Numbered from the stretch's first letter, positions 1-9,971 are shown. The stretch is DNA of 32,000 nt from Shewanella zhangzhouensis (GCF_019457615.1 NZ_CP080414.1:3632237-3664236), one strand, 5' to 3'. Made by a program: numbers and translations. Notes: generated by a model not told the origin, from the sequence alone.

Positions 1-733
1 CAAGCGAATTCATAACTGGCATTTTTATCATCCCGATAAAACCGCTGACGCCCAGCGGCTGGCGGGTAAAACCGATATGTCCATGGCGCGCCTGTGGCAG
101 GCCGCACTTACAGGGCTTGAGCAGGCACCCGCCGAGCACAGAGCTTATTACCTTGGTGCACTTATTCACCTGGTCCAGGATGTCACTGTACCTGCCCATG
201 CGGTGCCCGTGTATCACGGCCCCAAAATCATCGCCTGGCAGCGGGAATTTGCGCCATTGGTGGACTACCTGGGTTTCGGATTTCGCGGGATTTTTGTTAT
301 CCATGACCCGGTGGACGACTGGCCGGCGAGCCCAAGTGGCGCTGACGAGCGTCTTCAAGCCATTCCCTGCCCCACTCCCGCCGAGGCTTTCGACGACCAC
401 TCAGCAAACTTTGACGCATTAAGAGCAGGAGTGGCCAGACAAACCCTGGCCGCGCTGGATAACCCTATTCCGGGGTGCGCCGCCCCTTGGCGACTCTTTT
501 GGAGTGAAGACCTGGGCCACAGATACTTTGCCGGCTACAAGCAGGGCATCAAGCCCTTTGGCAGGACCAAAACCCTCAGTGGTGACGGCATCAGTATGGA
601 TGGCAGGCCATGTGAACCTGATTATCAGGGCTTTGTCGAAGCAAGGCACAGGGCAGCAATAGAGGCCACCATGGCGGCGCTGCAGCTGGGCCAGCTGGGA
701 TTAGCCAAACCCGCATCCGCCGGAGCTGAATAG
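1..733 (+). CDS. 5'-truncated CDS; zinc-dependent phospholipase C / P1-nuclease-like protein
   Basis: The frame of the 77..733 ORF stays open back to base 2 (KRIHNWHFYHPDKTADAQRLAGKTD-MSMARLW), so the gene starts upstream of the window. The motif HLVQDVTVPAH has the H-x3-D-x3-P-x-H spacing seen in Zn-phospholipase C metal sites (recalled from memory, not searched). Confidence 0.5.
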   Translation, partial: KRIHNWHFYHPDKTADAQRLAGKTDMSMARLWQAALTGLEQAPAEHRAYYLGALIHLVQDVTVPAHAVPVYHGPKIIAWQREFAPLVDYLGFGFRGIFVIHDPVDDWPASPSGADERLQAIPCPTPAEAFDDHSANFDALRAGVARQTLAALDNPIPGCAAPWRLFWSEDLGHRYFAGYKQGIKPFGRTKTLSGDGISMDGRPCEPDYQGFVEARHRAAIEATMAALQLGQLGLAKPASAGAE

Positions 734-737
734 TCAA

Positions 738-2219
738 CTAACTCATCAAGGTTTCGAGGGCGTCTGCAAGCCGACTGATGGCAGGCGTGTAAACTGGTTG
801 AGGCAGGCGGCAGAGCAGGCGCTCTTCGAGCCGGTAAAGCAATCCGCTGGCGCTGTATCCAAGCCAGGGAAAGGGCTCAGACTCCCAGCGGCGCAGATGC
901 TCACTCACGGCGCCCCGGTATGCCCATGGCATACCAGCCAGCTCACCATCGGGCCGGGCAATCAGCTCGGCCAGGGTTTCCCCAAAGAGCATACTGGCGC
1001 CCACGCCTTCGCCGCCATAACCGCCCACAAAGGCAAGCCCCGCAGCTTCATCGAAGAGTGCATGGGGGCGAAACGCCCGCGAGAGTGACAAACAGCCGCC
1101 CCAGCCATGGGTGATTTGAGTCCCCTCAAGGGCGGGGAAAAACGCCTGCAACAGTTGACTTCTCAGGTCAAAGATATCGCCTCTTGGCGCTTCGCCCAGT
1201 GTACGGGGCGCAAAACCAAATCGGGTTTTCACCGCGCCGCCAAAGCCATAGCCACCACGGGCACCAAACACCAAACGATTATCCGCGCTGCGCTGGCCAT
1301 AAGTGATAAGCCGTGAGGCATCGGCAAAGGTCTCGCGGTTTTCAAGGCCGATATTGGCCCATTGCTGCTCGCTCAATGGCTCGGTGGCACAGAGCACACT
1401 GAATACCGGCAAGCTGGTTCTGTTATCAAGTCCCAGAAGCCGCTGGTAACCTTCGAGCGCGGCCACCACCACAGCGGCTCTGACCGAGCCCTTCGGGGTG
1501 TGCACCTTATTGCCAGGCGCTTTCTGGCCGCGTTCTGATAGGGTAATCCTGCTATTTTCAGTGAGATGCACAGGGCTTTTCTCATAGATGATCACCCCCG
1601 CCCGCTCTGCGGCGCGGGCAAGGCCACGGGCCAGTTTTAATGGATGCACCCGGGCACAGTGAGGGGTGTAGAGCGCAGCTTGTGTCCCCGGCAGATTAAG
1701 GGCTTGGCCCGCCTCTGTGGCCGACAACAGGCGATAGTCCGCTTCATCAAAACCGGCTTCACGAAAGTGCGCCAGCTCGGCTTGTAAACGCTTGAGCTGC
1801 TCAGGGTAGCGCGACGCCTGATACAGGTTACCGCCATGGTGGAAGTCGCATTGAATACCCAGCTCACTGAAGGTATCGGCCGCCCGGACAACCGTGCCTG
1901 TAATGACCTGTTTGGCCCTTCGTCGAGGCTCGCCATCCAGCTGCGCCAGATAGCCCAAATCGCCACCAAAGCTGCCCATCAGCCAACCGCCATTGCGCCC
2001 GGACGCCCCTTCCCCGGCCATGGCTGCCTCGAGCACAACCACCTTGAGAGCAGGCTGTTTCTGTTTTAGGAACAGTGCCGTCCACAGGCCCGAGTATCCG
2101 GCGCCCAAAATGCAAACATCCGCCTCTATATCATTTTCCAGCGAAGCTCGGGGCTCCATGGGCTCCCCAAGGGTCTGATACCACAGGCTCTCATCGAGCC
2201 CGCCCACGGAGGAAATCAT
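738..2219 (-). CDS. FAD-dependent oxidoreductase (DAO family, gamma-glutamylputrescine-oxidase-like)
   Basis: 493-aa ORF with an N-terminal dinucleotide-binding motif DVCILGAGYSGLWTALFL (GxGxxG). Its ATG overlaps the stop of the upstream wHTH gene (ATGA at 2216-2219). Confidence 0.85.
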   Translation of the reverse strand: MISSVGGLDESLWYQTLGEPMEPRASLENDIEADVCILGAGYSGLWTALFLKQKQPALKVVVLEAAMAGEGASGRNGGWLMGSFGGDLGYLAQLDGEPRRRAKQVITGTVVRAADTFSELGIQCDFHHGGNLYQASRYPEQLKRLQAELAHFREAGFDEADYRLLSATEAGQALNLPGTQAALYTPHCARVHPLKLARGLARAAERAGVIIYEKSPVHLTENSRITLSERGQKAPGNKVHTPKGSVRAAVVVAALEGYQRLLGLDNRTSLPVFSVLCATEPLSEQQWANIGLENRETFADASRLITYGQRSADNRLVFGARGGYGFGGAVKTRFGFAPRTLGEAPRGDIFDLRSQLLQAFFPALEGTQITHGWGGCLSLSRAFRPHALFDEAAGLAFVGGYGGEGVGASMLFGETLAELIARPDGELAGMPWAYRGAVSEHLRRWESEPFPWLGYSASGLLYRLEERLLCRLPQPVYTPAISRLADALETLMS

Positions 2220-2572
2220 GTTCCGTTCCCGGCAGTGGCCTGCCCGTCGGTATCCTCCACGCCAAGCAGGCTCTTCACCTGCTCCACATGGGTGTCCATC
2301 CAGGCGCTGCTGATGGGCCCCCAGGTGCGAATACGGTAATAACCGGCGTTATGGCGCTCGCCGTCCTGAACAAACTCCACCTCAATACCTATGTCGGCAA
2401 AACTAGCGATGGCATCCTGCAAGGTGCGCCTCGGCATGCCGGTAAGCTTGCCCAGCGACAACAGATTATGGCGCGCATCGTCCATCAGATGGGCCAGATA
2501 CAATTTACGCAAAAAGGCCTTGTGCTGTTTGCTGACCTGATTGCCTGGAGCATAGTCCTGGGTCATCACCAT
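2216..2572 (-). CDS. small helix-turn-helix (winged-helix-like) DNA-binding protein
   Basis: 118-aa ORF. The segment LSLGKLTGMPRRTLQDAIASFADIG looks like an HTH. It is translationally coupled to the oxidoreductase through the ATGA overlap. Confidence 0.55.
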   Translation of the reverse strand: MVMTQDYAPGNQVSKQHKAFLRKLYLAHLMDDARHNLLSLGKLTGMPRRTLQDAIASFADIGIEVEFVQDGERHNAGYYRIRTWGPISSAWMDTHVEQVKSLLGVEDTDGQATAGNGT

Positions 2573-2740
2573 GATTCCTGTAGGGAGATTGAATCCAAAT
2601 TACTTGAAATTCAGTCGCTAACCAAGAGCCAAGCGTGTTCTGATACGGCTTTGCAAGCAAATATTTCCACTGGCTGGATCCACGCAAGATTTCACTGCTA
2701 TATTGGCCGTGAATACAAAAATGTCACAAGGATGACACAA

Positions 2741-3271
2741 ATGCAGGCGCAAGACGCTGAATTACAAGGACTCTTGTTACCCAAGGACCGCTGGACTCCC
2801 TTCGAAGCTCCCGTGCTCATCCCGGCGGATCCCCGCTATGCCACCCTGGTGATGGTCACCACGGCCCTGACGTTTTTGGTGATATTCCTGCCGATTTCCC
2901 TGCTGCTTATCTTCGCTGGCGTACCCGACATGATAGTACTGGCAATCAGCAGCGCTGGCGTCTTGCTGGCGGCCCTCGGCCTGTGGCTGGGCAATCGCTG
3001 GGCCAATGCCCTGGGCTACGGCGTTGGTGAGCTGGACCTGCTAAGCCAAACCGGAGTGTGGTGGCAAAAGCGCACCGCCATGCCCTACAGCCGTATCCAG
3101 CATGTCACCCTGTCGCAGGGGCCCATGGAGCGGCGCTACGGCCTCGCCTGCATCAAGTGTTTCAGCGCCGGCAGCGGCAGCGCTGAAATTGAAATTCGTG
3201 GCCTGCCCATAGACGATGCGGAGGCGCTGCGGGGTCATCTGCTCGCCCGTGCAGGAGTAACTGAACTGTGA
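2741..3271 (+). CDS. YdbS-like membrane protein with bacterial PH (bPH_2) domain
   Basis: This is the C-terminal part of the 2075..3271 ORF. It has two TM helices followed by RTAMPYSRIQHVTLSQGPMERRYGLACI, typical of bPH_2. AGGA lies 8 nt upstream of the ATG at 2741, and an alternative in-frame ATG sits at 2732. The long N-terminal extension is antisense to neighbouring genes. Confidence 0.7.
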   Translation: MQAQDAELQGLLLPKDRWTPFEAPVLIPADPRYATLVMVTTALTFLVIFLPISLLLIFAGVPDMIVLAISSAGVLLAALGLWLGNRWANALGYGVGELDLLSQTGVWWQKRTAMPYSRIQHVTLSQGPMERRYGLACIKCFSAGSGSAEIEIRGLPIDDAEALRGHLLARAGVTEL

Positions 3272-4746
3272 GTGCCACTGCCGAGAACTGGCAAAGCCTG
3301 TCACCCTGGTCTGTGGTCAGTTTTACCCTGGGCACGGCCCGTCAGGTACTGACCCAGGGCTATGCCCTCATCCCCATCGTCTTTACCGGCTGGAAACAGG
3401 GATTCGACTCACCTCTGGTCATTTCCGTGGCCTTACTGGTGCTGCTGGGCATTCTCACCTTCGCCCTGGTGCAATATGCCACCTACAGGTTTCGCCCCGG
3501 CAGTCACAAGCTGGAAGTGCGCCGGGGGCTGTTTTTCAAACGCAAAGATGAGTTACCGCTGGATAAAATTCAGAACGTGCGGCTCGACCAACCCTTTTAC
3601 TTTAAACCCCTGTTGCTCTGCACCCTGGTGGTCGAGACCGCAGGCTCCCGAAAGGATGAGGTGCAAATTGCCGCCATGCCCATGAGCGATGCCATGGCAC
3701 TCAAGTCGCATTTGCTGCAAAAGCCTGCCGAAGCTGTTACCCATCAGGAGGAACAAACGGATTCACTGCTGCTGGAGAGAGGCGGCAAACCGCTGTTTTT
3801 ATTCGGGCTTTACCACAATAATTTTGTCTGGTTTATGGTGTTTGCCGGCTCCATCATGGGGCAGCTGCCGGTGGAGAGCTGGTTCGAGTCTCTGGGCCTC
3901 AACACCTTTTTGCGTATCGAATCCCAGGGGCCGCTGTGGGGCACCTTAAGTGTGATAGCCCTGATTTTGCTGGGATACCTCTGTTTTGCGCTCATCTCGG
4001 TGATGTTTGCCTTTTTGAAATACTATCCCTATCGGCTCAAGCTTGGCGCCGAATCCACTCTGGAGCGCACCGGCGGCATATTGGCCCACCAGCAGGATGC
4101 GCTGGCGATGAAACGCATCCAACTGGTGGAATTCAATCAGCCCCCTATTGCACGGCTGCTGAAGCGCTGGACCGTGTTTTTCCGCCAGGTGCAGGGCCAC
4201 GAAGTCGAACAACACCTCAAACTGCCGCTGCTTATTCCCTCTGTGACTCCCGATGAGTTCCCGCCCCTGTTTGCCCAGCTCAAGGCGCTGCCCGGCAAAG
4301 ACAGCCTGCCGCCATCGGTGCATGAACTGCGGCCCATCCACAGTGGCTGGCTGAAACGCAGACTCGCATTTTTCTGGCTACCGGCGCTGCTGACGATGCT
4401 GATTTCCCGGGAGCTGGTTGTCATGGAGTTCGCTCTTACCGTGGCCATACTGGGCTCGATCGGACTTTGGCTCAGGTTCAAACACTGGGGCTACAGGCAC
4501 GACGATACCCTGGTGTGGCAGCGAACCGGGCTGCTTGGCCAAAGTCTCAAAAGAGTGCCCCTGTACAAGGTGCAGCACGTGAGCCTGCTGCAATCGCCCG
4601 GGCAACGTAAAAAAGGCCTGGCGACCCTGGAGCTGGGGCTTGCCAGCGGTAAGATTTACCTGCCGTGGATCCCCTACAGTGAAGCCAGAACCATAGCACT
4701 GGCCGCACTGACACAGCTGGACAAGCACAGAGGTAACTGGATTTAA
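3268..4746 (+). CDS. YdbT-like membrane protein with repeated bPH_2 domains
   Basis: 492 aa with a GTG start overlapping the ydbS-like stop (GTGA). It has alternating TM pairs and three PH-like segments (LPLDKIQNVRLDQPFY..., MKRIQLVEFNQPPIARLL..., VPLYKVQHVSLLQSPGQRKKGLATL). Confidence 0.75.
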   Translation: MSATAENWQSLSPWSVVSFTLGTARQVLTQGYALIPIVFTGWKQGFDSPLVISVALLVLLGILTFALVQYATYRFRPGSHKLEVRRGLFFKRKDELPLDKIQNVRLDQPFYFKPLLLCTLVVETAGSRKDEVQIAAMPMSDAMALKSHLLQKPAEAVTHQEEQTDSLLLERGGKPLFLFGLYHNNFVWFMVFAGSIMGQLPVESWFESLGLNTFLRIESQGPLWGTLSVIALILLGYLCFALISVMFAFLKYYPYRLKLGAESTLERTGGILAHQQDALAMKRIQLVEFNQPPIARLLKRWTVFFRQVQGHEVEQHLKLPLLIPSVTPDEFPPLFAQLKALPGKDSLPPSVHELRPIHSGWLKRRLAFFWLPALLTMLISRELVVMEFALTVAILGSIGLWLRFKHWGYRHDDTLVWQRTGLLGQSLKRVPLYKVQHVSLLQSPGQRKKGLATLELGLASGKIYLPWIPYSEARTIALAALTQLDKHRGNWI

Positions 4747-4757
4747 CGGGAGCGCGA

Positions 4758-5300
4758 ATGATGCATTGGCAGCAGATCACCGATTTTTGGTTCAGCGAAA
4801 TCAGCCCCAAACAATGGTGGCAAAAGGATGCTGACTTTGACCGCCTCATAGGGCAACGATTTGCAGAAGTACTTGTTGCTGCCAAACGGGGAGAGCTGTT
4901 TGGCTGGCGGCAACACCCGATGGGGCGCCTGGCGGAGATTATCGTTCTCGATCAGTTTTCCCGAAACCTCTATCGCGATACCCCGGCCGCATTCGACGCC
5001 GACCCCATGGCATTGGTGCTGGCACAGGAGGCCGTTGCTCTGGGTGTGGATAGCGAGCTGCCGGATAAGATGGTGCCCTTTTTGTACATGCCTTATATGC
5101 ACAGCGAGTCGGCCCTTATCCACGAAGAGGCCGTGAAACTCTTCTCCCGCGAGGCCGCCCGGGGCAACCTGGAGTTTGAAATTCGCCACAAGGCCATCAT
5201 TGACCGCTTTGGCCGCTATCCCCACAGAAACGCTATTTTGAGGCGGGAATCCAGCGCAGAAGAACTGGCTTTTTTACAAGAGCCCGGTTCTTCATTCTAA
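4758..5300 (+). CDS. DUF924 family protein
   Basis: 180 aa. The N-terminus (ITDFWFSEISPKQWWQKDADFDRLI) and the later motif RFGRYPHRNAILGR-like (RFGRYPHRNAILRRES) are characteristic of DUF924. GGGAG lies 5 nt upstream of the ATG. Confidence 0.8.
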   Translation: MMHWQQITDFWFSEISPKQWWQKDADFDRLIGQRFAEVLVAAKRGELFGWRQHPMGRLAEIIVLDQFSRNLYRDTPAAFDADPMALVLAQEAVALGVDSELPDKMVPFLYMPYMHSESALIHEEAVKLFSREAARGNLEFEIRHKAIIDRFGRYPHRNAILRRESSAEELAFLQEPGSSF

Positions 5301-5422
5301 AAATTATTCCAACCGCTATTGCGCAGGGAGTGAACTAGACTCAATACTGACTCGACAACCCAAGACGGCCCGCCGACAGAGCGACTAAAAATAATGCCGT
5401 CCCCCTGAGAACTTAGTTAACA

Positions 5423-6223
5423 ATGAAAAACAAAAGCAGCCTTTTCAAAACCTTGTTCCTGGCAAGCCTGGGAGCGACGACACAGGTTTCTGCCGAAACC
5501 GTGAACGTGGGCGTGAGCTTTGCGATACCGCCCTACGTGATACAACAGGAAAACGGCGGTCTGGAGCTGGATATCCTGCGTCAGGCACTGGCCCGTCGGG
5601 GGCATTATGCGGTGATACACTATATGCCGCTGTCCCGCACCTTTCGCGAGCTCAAAGACGGCAAGCTCGACGGCATCATCAACACCAAAGAACATATGCT
5701 CGACGGCGTGTTCTACAGCGATGAAGTCATTCGCTTCCATAACTGCGTTATCAGCCTCGAGTCCCGCAATCTGGAGATTAACTCCATTAACGATCTCAAA
5801 GACTTGAGCGTCGTTGCCTTTCAGCAGGCTGCGCGGATTTTGGGAACTGAATTTGGCCTGACGGTGGCCAAATCGCCTTCCTACAGCGAAATCGCGGCCC
5901 AGCGCCATCAAATCCATCTGCTGTTCAAGGGTCGAACCGACGTGATAGTCATGGAAAAGAACATCTTTGCCTACTATCGCAAAAAAGAGCTGGAGGCCGG
6001 CTTTTTGGAAGCCAGGCTCGATGTGCGGGAGGCCTGCATTTTTGAGCCGACAGGCTACCGCTTTGCGTTTCGTTCAGCGCGCATTCGGGACGACTTCAAT
6101 GAGGGGCTAAGCTCAATGCGGGAAGACGGCACCCTCGCTGCCATTTTGCAAAAGTACAGCGCCTTGATGACGATGGAACCCTCGATAGAAGAGCTGCAGC
6201 AAGCACAGCCGGAACACCCCTGA
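5423..6223 (+). CDS. periplasmic substrate-binding protein (family 3 SBP-like), secreted
   Basis: 266 aa with a signal peptide MKNKSSLFKTLFLASLGATTQVSA. Length and pattern fit amino-acid-type solute-binding proteins. No cognate permease or ATPase is adjacent. Confidence 0.65.
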   Translation: MKNKSSLFKTLFLASLGATTQVSAETVNVGVSFAIPPYVIQQENGGLELDILRQALARRGHYAVIHYMPLSRTFRELKDGKLDGIINTKEHMLDGVFYSDEVIRFHNCVISLESRNLEINSINDLKDLSVVAFQQAARILGTEFGLTVAKSPSYSEIAAQRHQIHLLFKGRTDVIVMEKNIFAYYRKKELEAGFLEARLDVREACIFEPTGYRFAFRSARIRDDFNEGLSSMREDGTLAAILQKYSALMTMEPSIEELQQAQPEHP

Positions 6224-6350
6224 CATCAGGGCGTCAGCCGTCTCTTAGACTAAAATCCAGCACATTTCCCGGGGCACACATCTTGTGGCGCCCCGGGGGA
6301 ATGGCTATCTTGTCTGCCCCTGTCCTGCATCCGTTGTCGGAGCCCGTAAG

Positions 6351-7244
6351 ATGCAAAGCGGTTTTTACTTGTTGGCAGCCCTGTCGGCCATTCTCATGGG
6401 TACCATTGGCATCATTGCCCGGTTTGGCGAGCTGGATGCGGCCATGCTCACCTTTTACCGGCTCGGGCTTGGCGCCCTCATTCTGATGCTGTTTTTACTG
6501 TTTCGTCGTGAAACCGCCAGGCTCTGGGTAAAGCCCCATTGGGGCACAGTCGCAGGTGGGGTGCTGCTGGCAACCTTTATTCTGTGCTTTCTCAAAGCCA
6601 TAGAAACCATTCCCATGTCCCTCGCCATCATGCTGGTATACCTTGCCCCTGCGGTGGCGGCCATTGGCGCGCATTTCCTGTTTTCGGAGCGCTTGGGCGC
6701 TGCGGCTTTTAGCCTGATTCTGCTGGCCTTTTTTGGCTTTGCCATGCTGCAGGAATTCAAGTTGGATATGGCTGGCGCCGAGGCCATCGGCATGAGCTAC
6801 GCCCTGGGCTGTTTGCTGGCCTACACCGCCTTTATCCTTATCAATAAAAAAATTCCGCCCGCCAGCGACCCCTACGCCAAAACCTGGGTGCAACTGGCGG
6901 TGGGCGCCCTGGTGACCCTGCCCATGGTGTGGGGCGACCCTTTGCCCAACGCCAGTGAATGGTTCTGGTTGATGATTGCCGCGGTCTTTCCCGGCTTTTT
7001 AGCCATTCTCTTTGCGGTAAAAGCCATTACCGCACTGCCCGCCAAGATGTTCGGTACCCTGGCCTACCTCGAGCCCCTGATGGTGGTATTAACCGGTTAT
7101 CTGCTGTTTAACGAGCCCATGTCAGCCCTCAAATGGGGAGGCTGTGCCCTTATCCTGCTGTCAGGCATCGCCCAGGTGCAACTGGCAAATGCCGCCAACG
7201 CCCGCGCTCAGGCTGGCAATGGCAGTCCCCTTAAGGTAAGTTAA
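6351..7244 (+). CDS. EamA/DMT-family transporter
   Basis: About 10 predicted TM helices in two halves, typical of DMT. The start is placed at the internal ATG (MQSGFYLLAALSAILMG) because the 22-aa extension from 6285 is non-hydrophobic and Cys/Pro-rich. Confidence 0.8.
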   Translation: MQSGFYLLAALSAILMGTIGIIARFGELDAAMLTFYRLGLGALILMLFLLFRRETARLWVKPHWGTVAGGVLLATFILCFLKAIETIPMSLAIMLVYLAPAVAAIGAHFLFSERLGAAAFSLILLAFFGFAMLQEFKLDMAGAEAIGMSYALGCLLAYTAFILINKKIPPASDPYAKTWVQLAVGALVTLPMVWGDPLPNASEWFWLMIAAVFPGFLAILFAVKAITALPAKMFGTLAYLEPLMVVLTGYLLFNEPMSALKWGGCALILLSGIAQVQLANAANARAQAGNGSPLKVS

Positions 7245-7290
7245 GCGCCTAAAAATAAGCCGCATTGCGGTAACTTGAAGGAAGTCTCAC

Positions 7291-9918
7291 GTGAAGTTCT
7301 TAAGCCAAGCCTGGGTGGCCGTTGCCGCTGTCACCCTGGTGTCCTGCGCCTCCACCGACAAAACCCATCCACTGGAGCGGGATACAACGCCGTATATCAG
7401 CGCCGAACAGGCAGCAAATCGCAGCCAACGTGTCAGTAACGTGCATTATGAGCTGGACTTCAAACTCAATGGCAGTGCCGAATTCAGTGCCACCAGTAAA
7501 GTGCGTTTTCAGCTCAGCGATACCCTGTCACCGCTGACACTGGATTTGAACAAGGCCCGCATTACCGAGCTGTTGATTAACGGCGCCAAGGTATACCCCA
7601 ACTACAATGGCAGCTACCTGACCTTAAACCCCAGGCTGCTGGTGAGCGGCGAAAACCAGCTGCAGGTAAGCTTTGTCCGCCCCCACAGCACCAATGGCGA
7701 AGGCCTGCACCGCTTTGAAGACCCGGTCGATGGCCGTGTCTATCTTTACTCCCATTTTGAACCCGCCGCCGCCCAGCAAATGTTTGCGGTGTTCGACCAG
7801 CCGGATCTCAAGGCCAGCTACAAGGTGAAGGTAACTGCCCCCGCCGACTGGCAGGTAGTGACCACCACGCGGGAGAGCAGGATCAATGTTGAAGGCAATA
7901 TGCGGGTGTGGGACTTCCCCGAAACCCCGCTGCTGAGCCCCTATAACTTCTCGCTCCATGCCGGCCCCTATCAGGTATGGGAGAGCGGCGAAGCGCGCTA
8001 CCCCATGCGCCTCTTCGCCCGCCAGTCCATTGCCGACAAGGTCACACCGCAAGATTGGTTCCGCTACACAGCCCTGGGCCTCGAGTACTTTGAGCAATAT
8101 TTTGGCATTCCCTATCCCTTTAAAAAGTACGATCAGCTGCTGGTGCCCGACTTCCTCTACGGCGCCATGGAAAACGCCGCCGCCATTACCTTCTCCGAGT
8201 CGGCTTTTGTCTCCAGTGGTGAGATGAGCCTAGCCCAGAAACAGTCGCTGGCGGGAGTCATCATGCACGAGATGGCTCATCAGTGGTTTGGCGATCTGGT
8301 CACCATGAAGTGGTGGAACGGCCTGTGGCTGAACGAGAGTTTTGCCTCCCTGATGGGCACCATGGCGCTGGCGAAAATCCCTGAGTTTTCCCATGCCTGG
8401 CAAAGCTTTTATGCCGGAGGCAAACAGCGGGCCTACACCCTCGACAGCCTGGTAACCACCCACCCCATCGAGGTGCCCGTGCCCACATCGGGCAATGCCT
8501 TCGACAATATCGATGCCATCACCTACCAAAAAGGGGCCGCCAGCCTGCGTCAGCTGAGCATACTGCTGAGCGAAGAGCCTTTCAGGCGCGGCGTATCCGC
8601 TTACCTCAAGCAGTACAGCTACCGCAACGCCACCCTGGATGACTTTATCGGCAGCCTGGCACAGGCCGCTGGCCGGGATTTAACCCAGTGGACCCGGGAT
8701 TGGTTCTACCAACCCGGGGTAAACAGCATCGAAGCCGAGTTCAGCTGTGACGGCGAGCAAATCAGCCACTTCGCCCTGCGCCAGAGAGCACCGGCCGAAT
8801 ACCCGGTACTGAGGGAGCAAAAGGTGCAGGTGGCACTGTTTGATGCCGACCGCCACGGGCTGCACCGCGACCGGGTGGTAGAAGTTATCTTCAAGGGAGA
8901 GCGCACCGAGGTGCCCGCCCTTATCGGTCGCCAGTGCCCCAAACTGGTGTACCCCAACTATCAGGACTGGGGCTACGTGAAGGTAAACCTGGATCCCCGC
9001 TCCTTTGAGACCGCCCGCAGCCAGCTGTCCCGCACCGAAGACCCCCTGCTCAGGGCCATGCTGTGGCAAAGCCTGTGGGACAGCGTGACCGATGGCAAAC
9101 TGCCGCTGCAGGACTTTTTGGCAACGGCACTGGTCAACGCCCCCATGGAAAAGGATCTGCAGCTGAGCGCCCAGATCATCGACAAGCTACAAGCCAGCGC
9201 CTTCTACCTGCAAAGCGCCAACAAAGGCAGGGGCAGCTTTGCCGACAAGGGCCTGCGCGCCCTGTCGCAAATGAGCCTGCGCCGCGCCATGGAAAGCCGG
9301 GGCGACAAAGAGCTGCAGGGCCGTTGGTTTGATGCCTATATCAGCCTGGCCTACGGCGGCGAAGCCATTGATCATTTGAATGATTTGCTCGATGGTGCCA
9401 GCAAGGTGCAGGGGCTGGAAATAGATCAGGACAGACGCTGGGACATCATAGCCCGCTTGAATCGCCTCGATGCCCTCGGCGCCGAGCGCCGGGTGCGTGA
9501 GGAGCAGATCCGGGATAACAGCGACAGCGGCCAGAAATCCGCTATTCGCGCCCGGGTACAACGCCCCGATGGCAGCATCAAGCGCCAGTGGCTGAGTAAA
9601 ATCGCCGCCGGCAGCGAGCCCTTCCCCAAGCTGAGGGTAGCCATGGGGAACCTGTACCAGCCTGAGCAGCGCCTGCTTGCCAATGCCAGCAGCGACGAGC
9701 GCCTCGCCATGCTGCCGGACCTGGACGCCAAGGGACCCGTGTTTGCCCGCTCGGCCGCCGCCCTCATCCCCGGCGATTGCAGCCAGCAGGGGGTGGATGC
9801 CCTGAGCCGTTACATCGACAGCAAGCCTGCCCTCTCCAGCGGTATGCACAGGGCGCTGTTGGAAGCACGGCAGTTGCAGCAGCGCTGCGTGAAGGTGCTC
9901 TCGGCGCTGCCCAACTAA
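7291..9918 (+). CDS. pepN: M1-family aminopeptidase N, predicted lipoprotein
   Basis: 875 aa with the GAMEN exopeptidase motif and the zinc site HEMAHQWFGD...WLNESFA. GTG start with GAAGGAAG upstream. The lipobox is TLVSC. Confidence 0.9.
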   Translation: MKFLSQAWVAVAAVTLVSCASTDKTHPLERDTTPYISAEQAANRSQRVSNVHYELDFKLNGSAEFSATSKVRFQLSDTLSPLTLDLNKARITELLINGAKVYPNYNGSYLTLNPRLLVSGENQLQVSFVRPHSTNGEGLHRFEDPVDGRVYLYSHFEPAAAQQMFAVFDQPDLKASYKVKVTAPADWQVVTTTRESRINVEGNMRVWDFPETPLLSPYNFSLHAGPYQVWESGEARYPMRLFARQSIADKVTPQDWFRYTALGLEYFEQYFGIPYPFKKYDQLLVPDFLYGAMENAAAITFSESAFVSSGEMSLAQKQSLAGVIMHEMAHQWFGDLVTMKWWNGLWLNESFASLMGTMALAKIPEFSHAWQSFYAGGKQRAYTLDSLVTTHPIEVPVPTSGNAFDNIDAITYQKGAASLRQLSILLSEEPFRRGVSAYLKQYSYRNATLDDFIGSLAQAAGRDLTQWTRDWFYQPGVNSIEAEFSCDGEQISHFALRQRAPAEYPVLREQKVQVALFDADRHGLHRDRVVEVIFKGERTEVPALIGRQCPKLVYPNYQDWGYVKVNLDPRSFETARSQLSRTEDPLLRAMLWQSLWDSVTDGKLPLQDFLATALVNAPMEKDLQLSAQIIDKLQASAFYLQSANKGRGSFADKGLRALSQMSLRRAMESRGDKELQGRWFDAYISLAYGGEAIDHLNDLLDGASKVQGLEIDQDRRWDIIARLNRLDALGAERRVREEQIRDNSDSGQKSAIRARVQRPDGSIKRQWLSKIAAGSEPFPKLRVAMGNLYQPEQRLLANASSDERLAMLPDLDAKGPVFARSAAALIPGDCSQQGVDALSRYIDSKPALSSGMHRALLEARQLQQRCVKVLSALPN

Positions 9919-9919
9919 G

Positions 9920-9971
9920 GCGTTCAACTCAAGCGTTCAACTGAAGCGCCTTACTGAAGCGAATAAGTTAA
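9920..9971. repeat. degenerate 13-bp tandem repeat (about 4 units) directly after the pepN stop
   Basis: The units are GCGTTCAACTCAA, GCGTTCAACTGAA, GCGCCTTACTGAA and GCGAATAAGTTAA. The last 13 nt of pepN (GCTGCCCAACTAA) resemble the unit. Confidence 0.6.

Noticed and set aside
2075-2731. N-terminal 219 aa of the 398-aa ORF 2075..3271 (+)
   Set aside because: This part runs antisense through the oxidoreductase start and the whole wHTH gene and has an Arg/Pro/Gly/His-rich composition. Only the C-terminal bPH_2 portion, from the ATG at 2732/2741, looks like a real protein.
4743-5917. ORFs 4743..5225 (-) and 5417..5917 (-)
   Set aside because: They are antisense to the DUF924 gene and the periplasmic binding-protein gene respectively, and have no motifs.
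9187-9927. 246-aa ORF antisense to pepN, and other antisense ORFs (7624..8097, 8680..9069)
   Set aside because: They overlap a gene with unambiguous M1 peptidase motifs on the other strand and are low-complexity, Ala/Gly/Leu-rich translations.
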